59,083 nt of DNA from a virus (IMGVR_UViG_3300042568_000868:1-59083); one strand, 5' to 3'; positions 47,607 through 57,662 are shown, counted from the stretch's first letter. Made by a program: numbers and translations. The notes: generated by a model from the letters alone, not told the origin.

Positions 47607-48564
47607 ACTTTTAAAATATAAGCACATATCATCTGCCACGAATGAAATAATAGAATACATAAAAGATCGTAGAACAGGAAGCGTTAAATCACTTAGAACT
47701 AGGTGGTTTAAATTCAATAAACTCTGTATGGGTGGAATTGAACCTAATGCAATATATTCTGTAGCTGGAATATCTGGCAGTGGGAAGTCTTCCTTTGTAA
47801 ACGCACTTGAAACTGACTTGATTGATTTAAATCGAGACGAAAAGACTATAGTATTAAGTTTCTCATTTGAGATGCTTAGTTCTAAACAAGTCGGACGAAA
47901 ATTATCTTATAAATTGAAAAAAACTACATCAGAATTATACTCTGCTTCAGATAATGGAGCTTTGTCTGATACTGACCTTGAAAGAGTCGAAGAAGCTGGC
48001 ACTTCTATAAAGGATTACCCTGTGTATTATGTTGATACACCTGGTACTGTTCCTCAGATTGCTGCTACTATCGAATTCTTTCAAAATACAATAGCCAAAG
48101 GGAAATGGCTTGTAGTTATCATTGACCATACATTATTAATTAATGGTAGTGGCAGTGAAAGAGAAATTATCGTAGATCTCGAAAAAGTATTAATAGGAGC
48201 CAAAAAGGTCGGAAAGACTTCTATAATACAAATATCTCAGATGAATAGAAATATCGAAGCATCAGAGAGGATGAATAATCCAACGCTTCATTATCCACAA
48301 AGAGGTGATTTATCAGCATCAGATGCTGTATTTCAAGCTAGTGACTACGTCTTGGTTATACACAGACCAGAAGTGTTAGGACTAATGTCCTATGGATATA
48401 ATAATCTTCCCGTAAAAGATTGCATTTATATGCACTTTTTGAAAAACCGAGAAGGAGTTCTTAAAGTACTTAAGTTTACAAACGACTTAAAATACAATAA
48501 TATAAAAGAATTCGATGATGAAGCAAAAAAAGATGACCAACAAAAACAATTAGAATTTGATTAA
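47587..48564 (+). CDS. DnaB-like (SF4) replicative helicase
   Basis: Walker A AGISGSGKS, FSFEM, IIDH, SQMNR, QASD, KNREG. Confidence 0.92.
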   Translation: MEQTSSKLLKYKHISSATNEIIEYIKDRRTGSVKSLRTRWFKFNKLCMGGIEPNAIYSVAGISGSGKSSFVNALETDLIDLNRDEKTIVLSFSFEMLSSKQVGRKLSYKLKKTTSELYSASDNGALSDTDLERVEEAGTSIKDYPVYYVDTPGTVPQIAATIEFFQNTIAKGKWLVVIIDHTLLINGSGSEREIIVDLEKVLIGAKKVGKTSIIQISQMNRNIEASERMNNPTLHYPQRGDLSASDAVFQASDYVLVIHRPEVLGLMSYGYNNLPVKDCIYMHFLKNREGVLKVLKFTNDLKYNNIKEFDDEAKKDDQQKQLEFD

Positions 48565-48581
48565 TTTAACACGACAACATT

Positions 48582-49127
48582 ATGGATAACAACGCATTTG
48601 TAGTAGAATTACCTTCTTTGACTCAAGATAAAAACGGTTTTTACAAAAAAGGTTTGATGGACCTAGTTATCAATAAATACCCTTGGCTAACAGTAGCTGG
48701 TATTGATGACCCAACTCGCCTTAAATCTGGTCGCGAACTACGTGGAGTAGAATACGCTGGTGCCGGTAATGTAATTACATTTGGCACAGCCAAAAGTCAT
48801 GATGTAAACTGGATTCAACGTCCTGATTACGCTCGTGAAAAAGGCTACAACCCTGTTTATAACTTGTTAAAAGATTGGAATACAATCACAAGCAAACTTC
48901 ATACATTTGCTATGGCAAAGAAACCTGTAGCTAAACCTACATGTGGATGCTACTACACTTCAGGCAACAGCTTTTTCGTTGATGGTCAAAAAGTTGAAAT
49001 CTTTGATAATTTTATCAAGATTGGATATAACATTATCCCTCGCAACTTGACCTCTCGCGAATTGTATGCCTACACCCCAGCTACGATTAAGCAAATTGAG
49101 ACAGTAATCGTTTATTTGTCTCGATAA
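48582..49127 (+). CDS. Hypothetical protein
   Basis: 181-aa ORF. Confidence 0.65.
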   Translation: MDNNAFVVELPSLTQDKNGFYKKGLMDLVINKYPWLTVAGIDDPTRLKSGRELRGVEYAGAGNVITFGTAKSHDVNWIQRPDYAREKGYNPVYNLLKDWNTITSKLHTFAMAKKPVAKPTCGCYYTSGNSFFVDGQKVEIFDNFIKIGYNIIPRNLTSRELYAYTPATIKQIETVIVYLSR

Positions 49128-49214
49128 TATAAATTGATGCGAATCAATCAAATATTTTCAAATAGTATCACATAATTTCAGATTTATATTTCGTGTCTTA
49201 AAATCAGATAAGAT

Positions 49215-49820
49215 ATGATAAATTTACCTACAATCAAAACTAAACCTAAATTATCTAATCCAAAATTCTTAGTCTACTTTGGTAAACCAAAATCAGGTAA
49301 AAGCACTATAGCATCTATGCTAGAAGGCAACCTGATTATAGACTTAGAAAATGGATATGATTATTTAGAGGCTTTGGTAGTTAATGCCTCATCAGTTGAC
49401 GATCTAAGAGATATAGCAGTAGCGATATCTGAAAAAAACAAAGAACTTGGAACGTACGCTTACAAATATATAACCATAGATAATGCGACAAAACTTGAAG
49501 AAATGACACTTTCTTTGGCTTTAAAACTTTATCAAGAAACTCCAATGGGCAAGCTGTATAACGGAGACGTTAGAAAACTTCCTAATGGTGCTGGATATTT
49601 GTATATGAGAGAGGCCTTATTTAAGGTTTTAGACATGTTTAAGACACTAACTCCTCATTTGATATTGATATGTCACACTAAAGACAAATTAATAAATAAA
49701 GAGGGTAAAGAATTAGGTGAAATGTCTATAGATTTAACAGGGCAAGCAGCTAGACTAGTAGCAGCTGATGCAGATGCAATAGCATATGTATACAGACGAA
49801 AGAACCAAACCATCATGAAT
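49215..49820 (+). CDS. AAA_24-like ATPase, exon 1
   Basis: Walker A GKPKSGKS, IIDLE, ITIDN, LICH; 202 codons to the splice site. Confidence 0.85.
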
Positions 49821-49905
49821 TTGAAAAAGTTCCTTTATACAGCGATGTATATCGAAAAATTCTTTTAATTGCTGGAACATCTAAAAATAATATGCATAAA
49901 AACAT

Positions 49906-49936
49906 AACCTTTATTAAAGTTTTACGTTTTATATAT
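49906..49936 (+). promoter_or_regulatory. Putative ECF-type late promoter inside intron
   Basis: AAC-CTTTATTAAAGTTTTA-CGTT-TTATATA upstream of endonuclease ORF. Confidence 0.5.
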
Positions 49937-49962
49937 TATTAATGACAATCAGCAGCCAAGTT

Positions 49963-50712
49963 ATGGAAGATATTTTTATAAAAGTTGAAAAAACAAGGAA
50001 AACAATAATTGGAAAAAATGGTAAAAATGAGTATAGGTACTATCTAAAGTTGAAGTGCAGAACATGTGGGTTCGAGAAAGAATCTCATGCCACAGAGAGA
50101 GATTCGCTTAAAAAATCTTGCAAAAACTGTGAAAAGAATAAGAACAGAAAATCATTTATAGATTATGAAAATAAAATATATAAAGTTCTAGATTATTCCC
50201 ACACAAGCAAAGATGGAAAGCGTATATTTTTTAAAATAAAGTGCAAACTTTGTGGACATGAACATGTATGTAGAAAAGACCAAATTAAAGAAGTAAAAAG
50301 CTTTTGTGCATTTTGCAGAACAAATACAAAAACACCTACACTAAAAGCTCCTTCTAATGTTTATTATTGCCAATATAGATATGGAGCTAAATCAAGAGGA
50401 TTAAACTTTGAGTTAACAATAGATGAATTTGAAAAAATAATACATAAAAATTGTTACTTCTGTAATGCTAAACCAATTCCAATAAGATCATTGAAAACAT
50501 ACAACAGATGCAAGCATGATATATATGTAAATGGTATTGATAGATTAAATCCAGAGAAAGGATATGTTATCTCAAATATTGTTGCATGCTGTCAGATGTG
50601 TAATAGGATGAAAATGAAAATGAATGAACCTAGTTTTTTAAATAAAATAAAAGAAATATACGAACATTCCATAAAAGGTTCAACGACTATCCCGAAGGGG
50701 AGTACACTATAA
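49963..50712 (+). CDS. Intron-encoded His-Me finger (HNH-like) homing endonuclease
   Basis: Multiple CxxC; NGIDRLNPEKGY...N...CCQMCNRMK. Confidence 0.85.
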   Translation: MEDIFIKVEKTRKTIIGKNGKNEYRYYLKLKCRTCGFEKESHATERDSLKKSCKNCEKNKNRKSFIDYENKIYKVLDYSHTSKDGKRIFFKIKCKLCGHEHVCRKDQIKEVKSFCAFCRTNTKTPTLKAPSNVYYCQYRYGAKSRGLNFELTIDEFEKIIHKNCYFCNAKPIPIRSLKTYNRCKHDIYVNGIDRLNPEKGYVISNIVACCQMCNRMKMKMNEPSFLNKIKEIYEHSIKGSTTIPKGSTL

Positions 50713-50834
50713 GTATATGATAGTGGAAAAGGAGAAACTCTCACTGAGAGTATGATATAGTCTAATCTGCATAGAAATATGCAGCAGTTCATAAGAGAAC
50801 GTATATGATCTTACGAATCATATAGAATAAAATG

Positions 50835-50969
50835 TTTAATGGTGGTGAAGATTTAATCGTAGAAGCTAGACAAGCGCATCTCAGAGGTCAAGAAATAGTA
50901 GTAGCAGAGTCTGATGAAGACAACAATATTACTGCATTCTGGGATAAGATATACCTGCCTGAAGCATAA
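50835..50969 (+). CDS. AAA_24-like ATPase, exon 2
   Basis: FNGGEDLIVEARQAHLRG...WDKIYLPEA in frame with exon 1 (246 aa spliced). Confidence 0.85.
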   Translation, partial: FNGGEDLIVEARQAHLRGQEIVVAESDEDNNITAFWDKIYLPEA

Positions 50970-50989
50970 ACATTAAAAAGGAATATAAT

Positions 50990-51571
50990 ATGAAATTTTC
51001 AACAAGTGATGCATTTAATGTAGAGAAAAAAGATGTTGCATTTCTAGATTCAGGAATACATGAAGATGTATTGATGACTGGAATTAGAAAAGAAAAATCT
51101 CAAAATGGAAATCTATTTATAGAGTTTGCATTTGCTAAAGACGGTAAGCGTCTTACTCACACAGAATTTGAGCCTACTAAAAGCCCAAACCAAAGTGATG
51201 ATGAATTCAATTCAAAGATAAATAATCAAGTGGCTAGAGTATTACAGATAATGTCTGTATTCTATCCTAAAGATGTTTTGTCTGGATTTGAAGGAGATTC
51301 TTTCGACCAATTCGCAACATGGGTTAAGTCGTTATTAGACGCAGCAGACAAAACAAAGTTACTTAGAGTAAAAGCTGTTTATTCAGCTAATGGATATGTT
51401 GGTTTACCAAAGTATTCTGCATATACATTCATAGAAAGTATGGATATTGCAAAAGAAAACTCTAAAATAGCTAAGCTAGGTATTGATGTATTCGATAGAC
51501 CAAACATCGGAGACAAAGAACAAGATACCAAATCTGCAGCTTCAACATTTGGAGCTAGTGCGCCATTTTGA
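50990..51571 (+). CDS. Putative single-stranded DNA-binding protein
   Basis: OB-fold-like N-terminus, C-terminal PF, between ATPase and primase. Confidence 0.55.
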   Translation: MKFSTSDAFNVEKKDVAFLDSGIHEDVLMTGIRKEKSQNGNLFIEFAFAKDGKRLTHTEFEPTKSPNQSDDEFNSKINNQVARVLQIMSVFYPKDVLSGFEGDSFDQFATWVKSLLDAADKTKLLRVKAVYSANGYVGLPKYSAYTFIESMDIAKENSKIAKLGIDVFDRPNIGDKEQDTKSAASTFGASAPF

Positions 51572-51590
51572 TAAATAAATTCCTTACAAT

Positions 51591-52571
51591 ATGTATAATA
51601 CTAGTAAAGTATTAGCAGGTAGGGATAGACAACCAAAAGTATCCGATATAGTAAAGTCAATCCCAAGCGATGACATATGGAAATGCTATATCGGAGACTT
51701 TAGGGTTGGTAAAGTCTATAACTCTCCATTGAGAGAGGATAAGACGCCATCCTTTGGGCTGTTTAGAAGCCATTCAGATGGAGCTTTGTTATATAAAGAT
51801 CTTGCAACAGGAGCATCTGGTAATATATTTTCTTTCATAAAGGAGTATAAAAAACTATCTACAATGAAAGAGGTTTATGATGATATATTAAGCAATCTAA
51901 ATAAAGGCAGCATATCTATATCTGATAATAAGGATGTATATAAGAAGTCTAGAGGTATAAATATTTCTGTAAAAAGGAAACATTTTGAATCTCACGATAT
52001 ATTGCTCTGGAAACAGTTCAATATAGATTTAGATATACTTAAAAAATTCAAAGTAAATGCAATTACAAATTATATAGTTGATAATAAAATATTGGCTACA
52101 TATAGTGATGACAATCCAATGTACTCTTACAAAGTATTTGATAAATTTAAAATATATCGACCACTTGCCCCAAAGACAAATAAGTGGAGAGGAAATTTAT
52201 CTAATTTGGATATACAAGGTTTTGAGCAGCTACCTAAAAATGGTGGTTTGCTTTTTATAACAAAATCATTAAAAGATGTCATGACTCTAGACTCTTTAGG
52301 ATATGCAGCAATAGCGCCAGCTAGTGAAACAAGCATAATACCTGACGTTGTCATAAAGAATGTAAAATCAAGATTTAAAAGGATTATTATATTCTATGAT
52401 AGAGATATGACAGGAATGACTTTTACAAGAAAAATAGTCAACAAATACCGATTCGAATTTGCATTTATAAATAAAAAATATAAATGTAAAGACATAAGCG
52501 ACTTCGTTAAAAAATACGGAGTGGAAGACACAAAGAAATTACTATTAAAAATAACAAAAGGGCAGCTCTAA
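51591..52571 (+). CDS. DNA primase (TOPRIM)
   Basis: SPLREDKTPSF, KIYRP, ITKSLKDVM, FYDRD..G, KDISD. Confidence 0.88.
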   Translation: MYNTSKVLAGRDRQPKVSDIVKSIPSDDIWKCYIGDFRVGKVYNSPLREDKTPSFGLFRSHSDGALLYKDLATGASGNIFSFIKEYKKLSTMKEVYDDILSNLNKGSISISDNKDVYKKSRGINISVKRKHFESHDILLWKQFNIDLDILKKFKVNAITNYIVDNKILATYSDDNPMYSYKVFDKFKIYRPLAPKTNKWRGNLSNLDIQGFEQLPKNGGLLFITKSLKDVMTLDSLGYAAIAPASETSIIPDVVIKNVKSRFKRIIIFYDRDMTGMTFTRKIVNKYRFEFAFINKKYKCKDISDFVKKYGVEDTKKLLLKITKGQL

Positions 52572-52628
52572 CTGGAAGAGATCTTAATAAGATTGTAGGT
52601 CGATCTGCACTGCTAACTAATAACAAGG

Positions 52629-53537
52629 ATGAAATTTATTGTAAAGAAAATAAGACAATATTCCGAAGAGGCTGATTTAAGTCTTTTAAAGGGAATGAAC
52701 AAGCAATTGTTTATTACAAAGCAAGAGAATGGGATTCCTTGTATAATAATAAATGGGCTTGTTTGCGATTCAAGTGGTACGCCATTCAAAAATACAAATC
52801 TTCAAAGCGAATTTGAATTTATCGCAAAACGATTTATGGGCTGTAAAACAATAATACTAGGAACTATCAAAATTGCAGATAGGAGTAGTTATTCTTGTAT
52901 GTCAGATTACACAGAGTCGAGATTGAAGATAATGGAAGTGGTTAATTCTACTTCAGAAAGATACAAAAAAGGATATCTAGAGATTGTAATTGAAAATGGA
53001 GTTTCTGAATTTAATTCAAACATGCCATATAGAACTATGCATGGTATGATTTCAGGAATAATAAAATCAATACAATATGCTGGAGTCGACTATCTAAACT
53101 CACAAAAAATAAAGATGGTTCCTGTAATAGAGGTGAATAGCAATGATGAGGCTTCTATTAGAAGCATCATAAAATCTAACTCTATTATTTTTAAGAATAC
53201 TTTAATAATAGACCCAGATTCTGTATATTATAATGAAGATGGAGATTATACTAAGCAATTAGTATCATTCAATCTCAATAAGCTTGGTTCTTACAAAATC
53301 AAGAAGATATACAAACAAGACCTTGGAGAACTATCTGGATTTGTAGAGTTGATGACAGAAATGATATCATCTTTAGACGTAGAAGTATCTAAAGGAAAAA
53401 TATTGCGAGTAGACATGACTGGAATTGATGAATTCAGAAGGTGTGTTCTACTAAAATCAATAACAGATGGAAACATAAAAGAAATATATCTTTATGGTTT
53501 TTCTGAAAATAAAAAAACAAATTTAAACCTACCATAA
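52629..53537 (+). CDS. Hypothetical protein resembling an inactivated ATP-dependent DNA ligase
   Basis: By-eye spacing match to ligase motifs with catalytic residues replaced. Confidence 0.45.
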   Translation: MKFIVKKIRQYSEEADLSLLKGMNKQLFITKQENGIPCIIINGLVCDSSGTPFKNTNLQSEFEFIAKRFMGCKTIILGTIKIADRSSYSCMSDYTESRLKIMEVVNSTSERYKKGYLEIVIENGVSEFNSNMPYRTMHGMISGIIKSIQYAGVDYLNSQKIKMVPVIEVNSNDEASIRSIIKSNSIIFKNTLIIDPDSVYYNEDGDYTKQLVSFNLNKLGSYKIKKIYKQDLGELSGFVELMTEMISSLDVEVSKGKILRVDMTGIDEFRRCVLLKSITDGNIKEIYLYGFSENKKTNLNLP

Positions 53538-53538
53538 T

Positions 53539-56181
53539 ATGACACTTATCAAAAGCGAAAATACGAAAATAGATTTAGGATCTGCTTCGTTTGGAGGACC
53601 AGAAGCTGCTTCATTGATGGAGTCTATAGGTGCAATATCTCCTGATAGATTCATCGCGGCTATAGAAAAGTATAGTAACTTTGGAATCATCCAATCTATA
53701 AAAGCAGCAACAAGCACTGTCCTAAATAAAATTGAGATTGAAAAATACTTTAAAAACGATTCTAATAAATCAGTTAGAATATGCATGCATAGAAGCTTAG
53801 TTGAATTGATTAAGCAATCTGCAGACAGCAAGATTAAAAGTAGACTTTCAGAAATAAATGAAAAGTTATCTCTGAAATCAGACATGGTTGCATTGGTCAA
53901 AAACCAATATGTAATTAAAAATAACTTTAATTTTTTTAATTTAAATATAGGCGACGATGCTACGACAATAACCTATTCAACTAGGAAATTCATAGAAGAA
54001 AGAATATGGTTAATAGTCCTATATGATTTTATGAACACAGTGATTTACTGGCCTGATGAAGCTCCAGATGGAAAGAGAATTGAATTTTCAAATATCAGAG
54101 CCTTGATTAGAATATACTTTACTAAGAAGGTAAGTCAGCATCACAATAATCCTTTATATAGAGATATAGAGATTTTAAGTACTACACATAGACCGTACAA
54201 GCGTTTTGGATATGGTTGCCTTGTTCCAGGAGCTAGACCATACATGCCATCTGTAATTAATGGACTTTCATTAATGACAACGCTTTCTAGAACATCAGGA
54301 ATGAGTATCTCTTGTCCTAAAATGTTCTCGTCAATACTAAATGCGTATGAGCATGATTTAGCAAAATTAAATTCAATATCTAAAGTAGAAAAGAAACTAC
54401 ACATCAATCAGGTTAGTGGTTTCGAGTCAATAAAGAATGTAAGAGTTCCTTTAAATGACTTTATCCCAGAAGAAGATGTTGAAGCTGCTAGTGCGTCATT
54501 TTCAAAGATAAATGAGTTCATAGAGTCATTTGCAAACAATGTAAAGAAATATGAATTGTCTCTAAACGCAAATAAATGTAGCGAAGTAAAAGAAGTCAAA
54601 GGATATGATATTGTTAAATTATATCATATATCTTCGTATAAAGAATCTACATTTGAGATGCCACTTAAACAAACTGAAGGAATAAATGGATCGACTGGAA
54701 AGGTATATAATGGATGGAAGGTTGATGAGAATGCGAAAGCAGGAACTCTATTTACATCTTGTATGCGAAATTCAGGTTCAATCGCAAGAATAGCATTCTA
54801 CGCTAAAAATAGTGACTTTATATCAATGTTGGCAGTAACAAATAAAGCTGGTAATAAGATATCTGGCCGAGCCATAGTGTGGGAAGACCAATCTACAGGA
54901 TTTAAGTATGTAGATAGAATTTTCTACAAAGAAGAATCAGACTTGAATAAGATTGTTGCACATGTGGAAAATACTCCTAATATGTTTAACATTCATTTAA
55001 ATCAGGGTTCTAGATTTTCGTCTAGAAAGAATGGAGGAGAAGTGTGTTTTAAATTAGATAAATTGATTTACGACACACACATGCCATATCTAGATTCTGT
55101 TTGTTTTTATTTTGACAAAAAAGAGCAAGTTCCAGTATTAATGTCTAGAAACTGTAGAGAGTCGTCTACAGGTAGAAAGCTTGAGTATTTAAGTGTTGGA
55201 ATATACGACTCAGAAACAGATTCTTCTAAAGATAGCTTGAATACGAAAGGGGAAACAGCTAGATGTTCCATATGTCGAATGAATATGGGAGGAAAGAAGT
55301 CTATACGCATATCAGTCCATGGAGATACTAATCAGGTATGCGAAAAATGCTTGAAATTAGATTCAACAGGAGAACTATATGTTAGTAAGCGATATCTGAA
55401 ATGGTTTCTGTCTAAATCAGATTCTACTAGTAATTTTGTTAATCGCGTATATCATTGGAACGATGAATCTAAGCTACTTGTCGAAGATCGTTATTTTAGA
55501 AAATTTGACGAATTGAAAAAAGTAGAAAAAGGTGGAGATTACTTAGCAACTTATTTTGCATTTATAAACAAATTTACCTCACGAGGATATGATTATGTTT
55601 TAAATTTAAAATACGATAAAAGTCGTAATAAGTTTATGCCTGTCGAAGATGTCAGAAATAATCTTATGGGTAAAGATACTGATATTTACTATGATTCAAC
55701 TAATCTAAATCTCATTGAAGTGAGTGGCGAGCCAGTTCTTGTAGATAAGAATATGTCGAAAGAATCAGAAAAGTATCTAGATGCTATTAAGAAGATCGTA
55801 GAGATTAGAAGATATCATAGGAAAATACCATTTGAAAAGTGGACAACCAACACAACCAACAAATTAAAACTAAATACATGTTTTGCGAAGTGGTGTGATG
55901 CTAGATTTTTGAATGGAAGTTACTCTCCTGATAAGATTGGTAGTCTTACTAAAGAAACTATTGATAACGTTTTAAGTTATTTTATACGATGCAGTATCAC
56001 TGATTACGAAAACATAGAGGCGTTTAATGTGAAGTTGGAAGAGTTAAATGAACTATTACGTACATTAAACAGATTGCTTTCACAAAAAACAATATCTAAT
56101 TACATATCTAGTTCAAACGCAGATGCTAGAATTTTGAAATATTTATCACTTAATCAAAGCGGATGGAAAAAAGCCTGTTAA
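53539..56181 (+). CDS. Large hypothetical protein (SCM / GRAIVW / DRIFY / PYLD domain)
   Basis: 880-aa ORF with these motifs plus CxxC pair; overlaps peptidase start. Confidence 0.65.
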   Translation: MTLIKSENTKIDLGSASFGGPEAASLMESIGAISPDRFIAAIEKYSNFGIIQSIKAATSTVLNKIEIEKYFKNDSNKSVRICMHRSLVELIKQSADSKIKSRLSEINEKLSLKSDMVALVKNQYVIKNNFNFFNLNIGDDATTITYSTRKFIEERIWLIVLYDFMNTVIYWPDEAPDGKRIEFSNIRALIRIYFTKKVSQHHNNPLYRDIEILSTTHRPYKRFGYGCLVPGARPYMPSVINGLSLMTTLSRTSGMSISCPKMFSSILNAYEHDLAKLNSISKVEKKLHINQVSGFESIKNVRVPLNDFIPEEDVEAASASFSKINEFIESFANNVKKYELSLNANKCSEVKEVKGYDIVKLYHISSYKESTFEMPLKQTEGINGSTGKVYNGWKVDENAKAGTLFTSCMRNSGSIARIAFYAKNSDFISMLAVTNKAGNKISGRAIVWEDQSTGFKYVDRIFYKEESDLNKIVAHVENTPNMFNIHLNQGSRFSSRKNGGEVCFKLDKLIYDTHMPYLDSVCFYFDKKEQVPVLMSRNCRESSTGRKLEYLSVGIYDSETDSSKDSLNTKGETARCSICRMNMGGKKSIRISVHGDTNQVCEKCLKLDSTGELYVSKRYLKWFLSKSDSTSNFVNRVYHWNDESKLLVEDRYFRKFDELKKVEKGGDYLATYFAFINKFTSRGYDYVLNLKYDKSRNKFMPVEDVRNNLMGKDTDIYYDSTNLNLIEVSGEPVLVDKNMSKESEKYLDAIKKIVEIRRYHRKIPFEKWTTNTTNKLKLNTCFAKWCDARFLNGSYSPDKIGSLTKETIDNVLSYFIRCSITDYENIEAFNVKLEELNELLRTLNRLLSQKTISNYISSSNADARILKYLSLNQSGWKKAC

Positions 56182-57383
56182 TAAAACTGGTGGAAATCCA
56201 ATCCTCTTCCACCGAAGACAAAGAAATAAATGAATTTATACACAAATACCTCTTAGGAATTAAAGGAGTATCTGTAGAAATAGATACATTTGGCAATATT
56301 TACGCAACTAAAGGGAATGGCGAAAATGGATTTAAATCTATAGTATGTCATACAGATACGGTTCATTCTATAGAAGAAGATCGTATCGTTGTTGAAGTAA
56401 ACAATACATTGGTTGCGTTTGCAAAAGACAAGACTAGAACTCAAAACTCCTCAAAAATTAAACAGGTTGGAACTGGAGGAGATGATAGATGTGGAATCTA
56501 CACATGTTTAAAAGCATTAAAAGATTTCAATGATATTAAGGCAGTATTCTTCAGGTTTGAAGAGTCTGGCTGTAGAGGTTCTAGAGCATCGAATTTATCT
56601 TTCTTTGATGATTGTAATTTTATATTGCAATGCGATAGGAAGGGAAGTTCAGACTTTATAACTCATTCAAATGGTCTTAAAATAACCAGTGACGAGTTTA
56701 TTTCTGATTCAAAAGATATACTAGGAAAATATAATTATAGCACAGCAATTGGTATAGCTACTGATGTTGGAGCGTTACGAGGTATGGGATTAGAGATATC
56801 TACATCTAATATATCTTGTGGTTATTATGACCCTCATAGAAATATCGAGACAATAGACTTGATAGATTTAGAGAACTGCTATAATTTAGTTTCTGAGTTA
56901 TTTAACGAATTAGGAACAAAAAAATATGTATTCAAGAAAGAGCCAGTGGTAACTTCTACGTACATAAGTAGACCAAAATCAAGATTTACATTCGAAAGAA
57001 CAAGTAACTACTTTAAGGATCTTGCAACTTCATCCAATGAGGTTGAAAATGATTCTAGCTCCATGTTTTCTAATATACCTAATACTAAACTATACACTAT
57101 GCTTAAGTATGACAATATACTTATGGATAAGTGCGAATGTAGTGTTTGTGGTAGCAAAGATTCAATATTAATGAATACCATTTCTGGCTCATTATATTGT
57201 GTTGAAACTAATATGTGTGGTCTAATTATAGATTCTGACGCATATAAACGCTGTATAGTAGAAGATAAAGGAACATCTTATTGTTTAGATAAGATACAAG
57301 GATTTTGGATTAAAGATTGTGATGCCTACTGGGATGAACAATTAAACACATATAGATTGATAGACGAGAATTTAGTTTATTAG
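56163..57383 (+). CDS. M20/M28-family metallopeptidase
   Basis: HTDTVH, GGDDRCG, EESG, DRKG, GYYDPH. Confidence 0.85.
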   Translation: MEKSLLIKLVEIQSSSTEDKEINEFIHKYLLGIKGVSVEIDTFGNIYATKGNGENGFKSIVCHTDTVHSIEEDRIVVEVNNTLVAFAKDKTRTQNSSKIKQVGTGGDDRCGIYTCLKALKDFNDIKAVFFRFEESGCRGSRASNLSFFDDCNFILQCDRKGSSDFITHSNGLKITSDEFISDSKDILGKYNYSTAIGIATDVGALRGMGLEISTSNISCGYYDPHRNIETIDLIDLENCYNLVSELFNELGTKKYVFKKEPVVTSTYISRPKSRFTFERTSNYFKDLATSSNEVENDSSSMFSNIPNTKLYTMLKYDNILMDKCECSVCGSKDSILMNTISGSLYCVETNMCGLIIDSDAYKRCIVEDKGTSYCLDKIQGFWIKDCDAYWDEQLNTYRLIDENLVY

Positions 57384-57437
57384 TCTAAAAATAATACCTC
57401 ATGATCGGGGGGTATGTTAATATTAGATCATGCAATT

Positions 57438-57662
57438 AAAAGAAGATAGGAATAATACTAGAACGAAGTAGACCTCTAAGTATATTTGACCGCATAAAGA
57501 TTAACATAGCAATGCTATGAATATCCGGTAAGCCCGATAATGAAGAAAGTGCAAACGCTTCAAAATCCCATACAAAGCCCTCTTATTTATTGATACTATA
57601 TGCATGTTGTGTATAGACATCTTTACTTAGGCCAGCCAACTAGTGGGAACCTATCTTCTTTT
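57438..57662 (+). ncRNA. Candidate ~225-nt structured RNA
   Basis: 13-bp perfect closing stem AAAAGAAGATAGG/CCTATCTTCTTTT enclosing several hairpins. Confidence 0.45.

Larger units (their letters stand above)
49821..50834 (+). mobile_element. Group I intron (1014 nt) carrying endonuclease ORF
   Basis: P1 GAAT/GTTC with U-G at 5' splice site; core motifs AATTGCTGGAA, AATCAGCAG, TTCAACGACTA, ATGATATAGTCT; terminal G; removal restores frame. Confidence 0.9.

Noticed and set aside
49821-49868. ATPase C-terminus LKKFLYTAMYIEKFF from the ORF track
   Set aside because: It is read-through into the intron; the true C-terminus is exon 2
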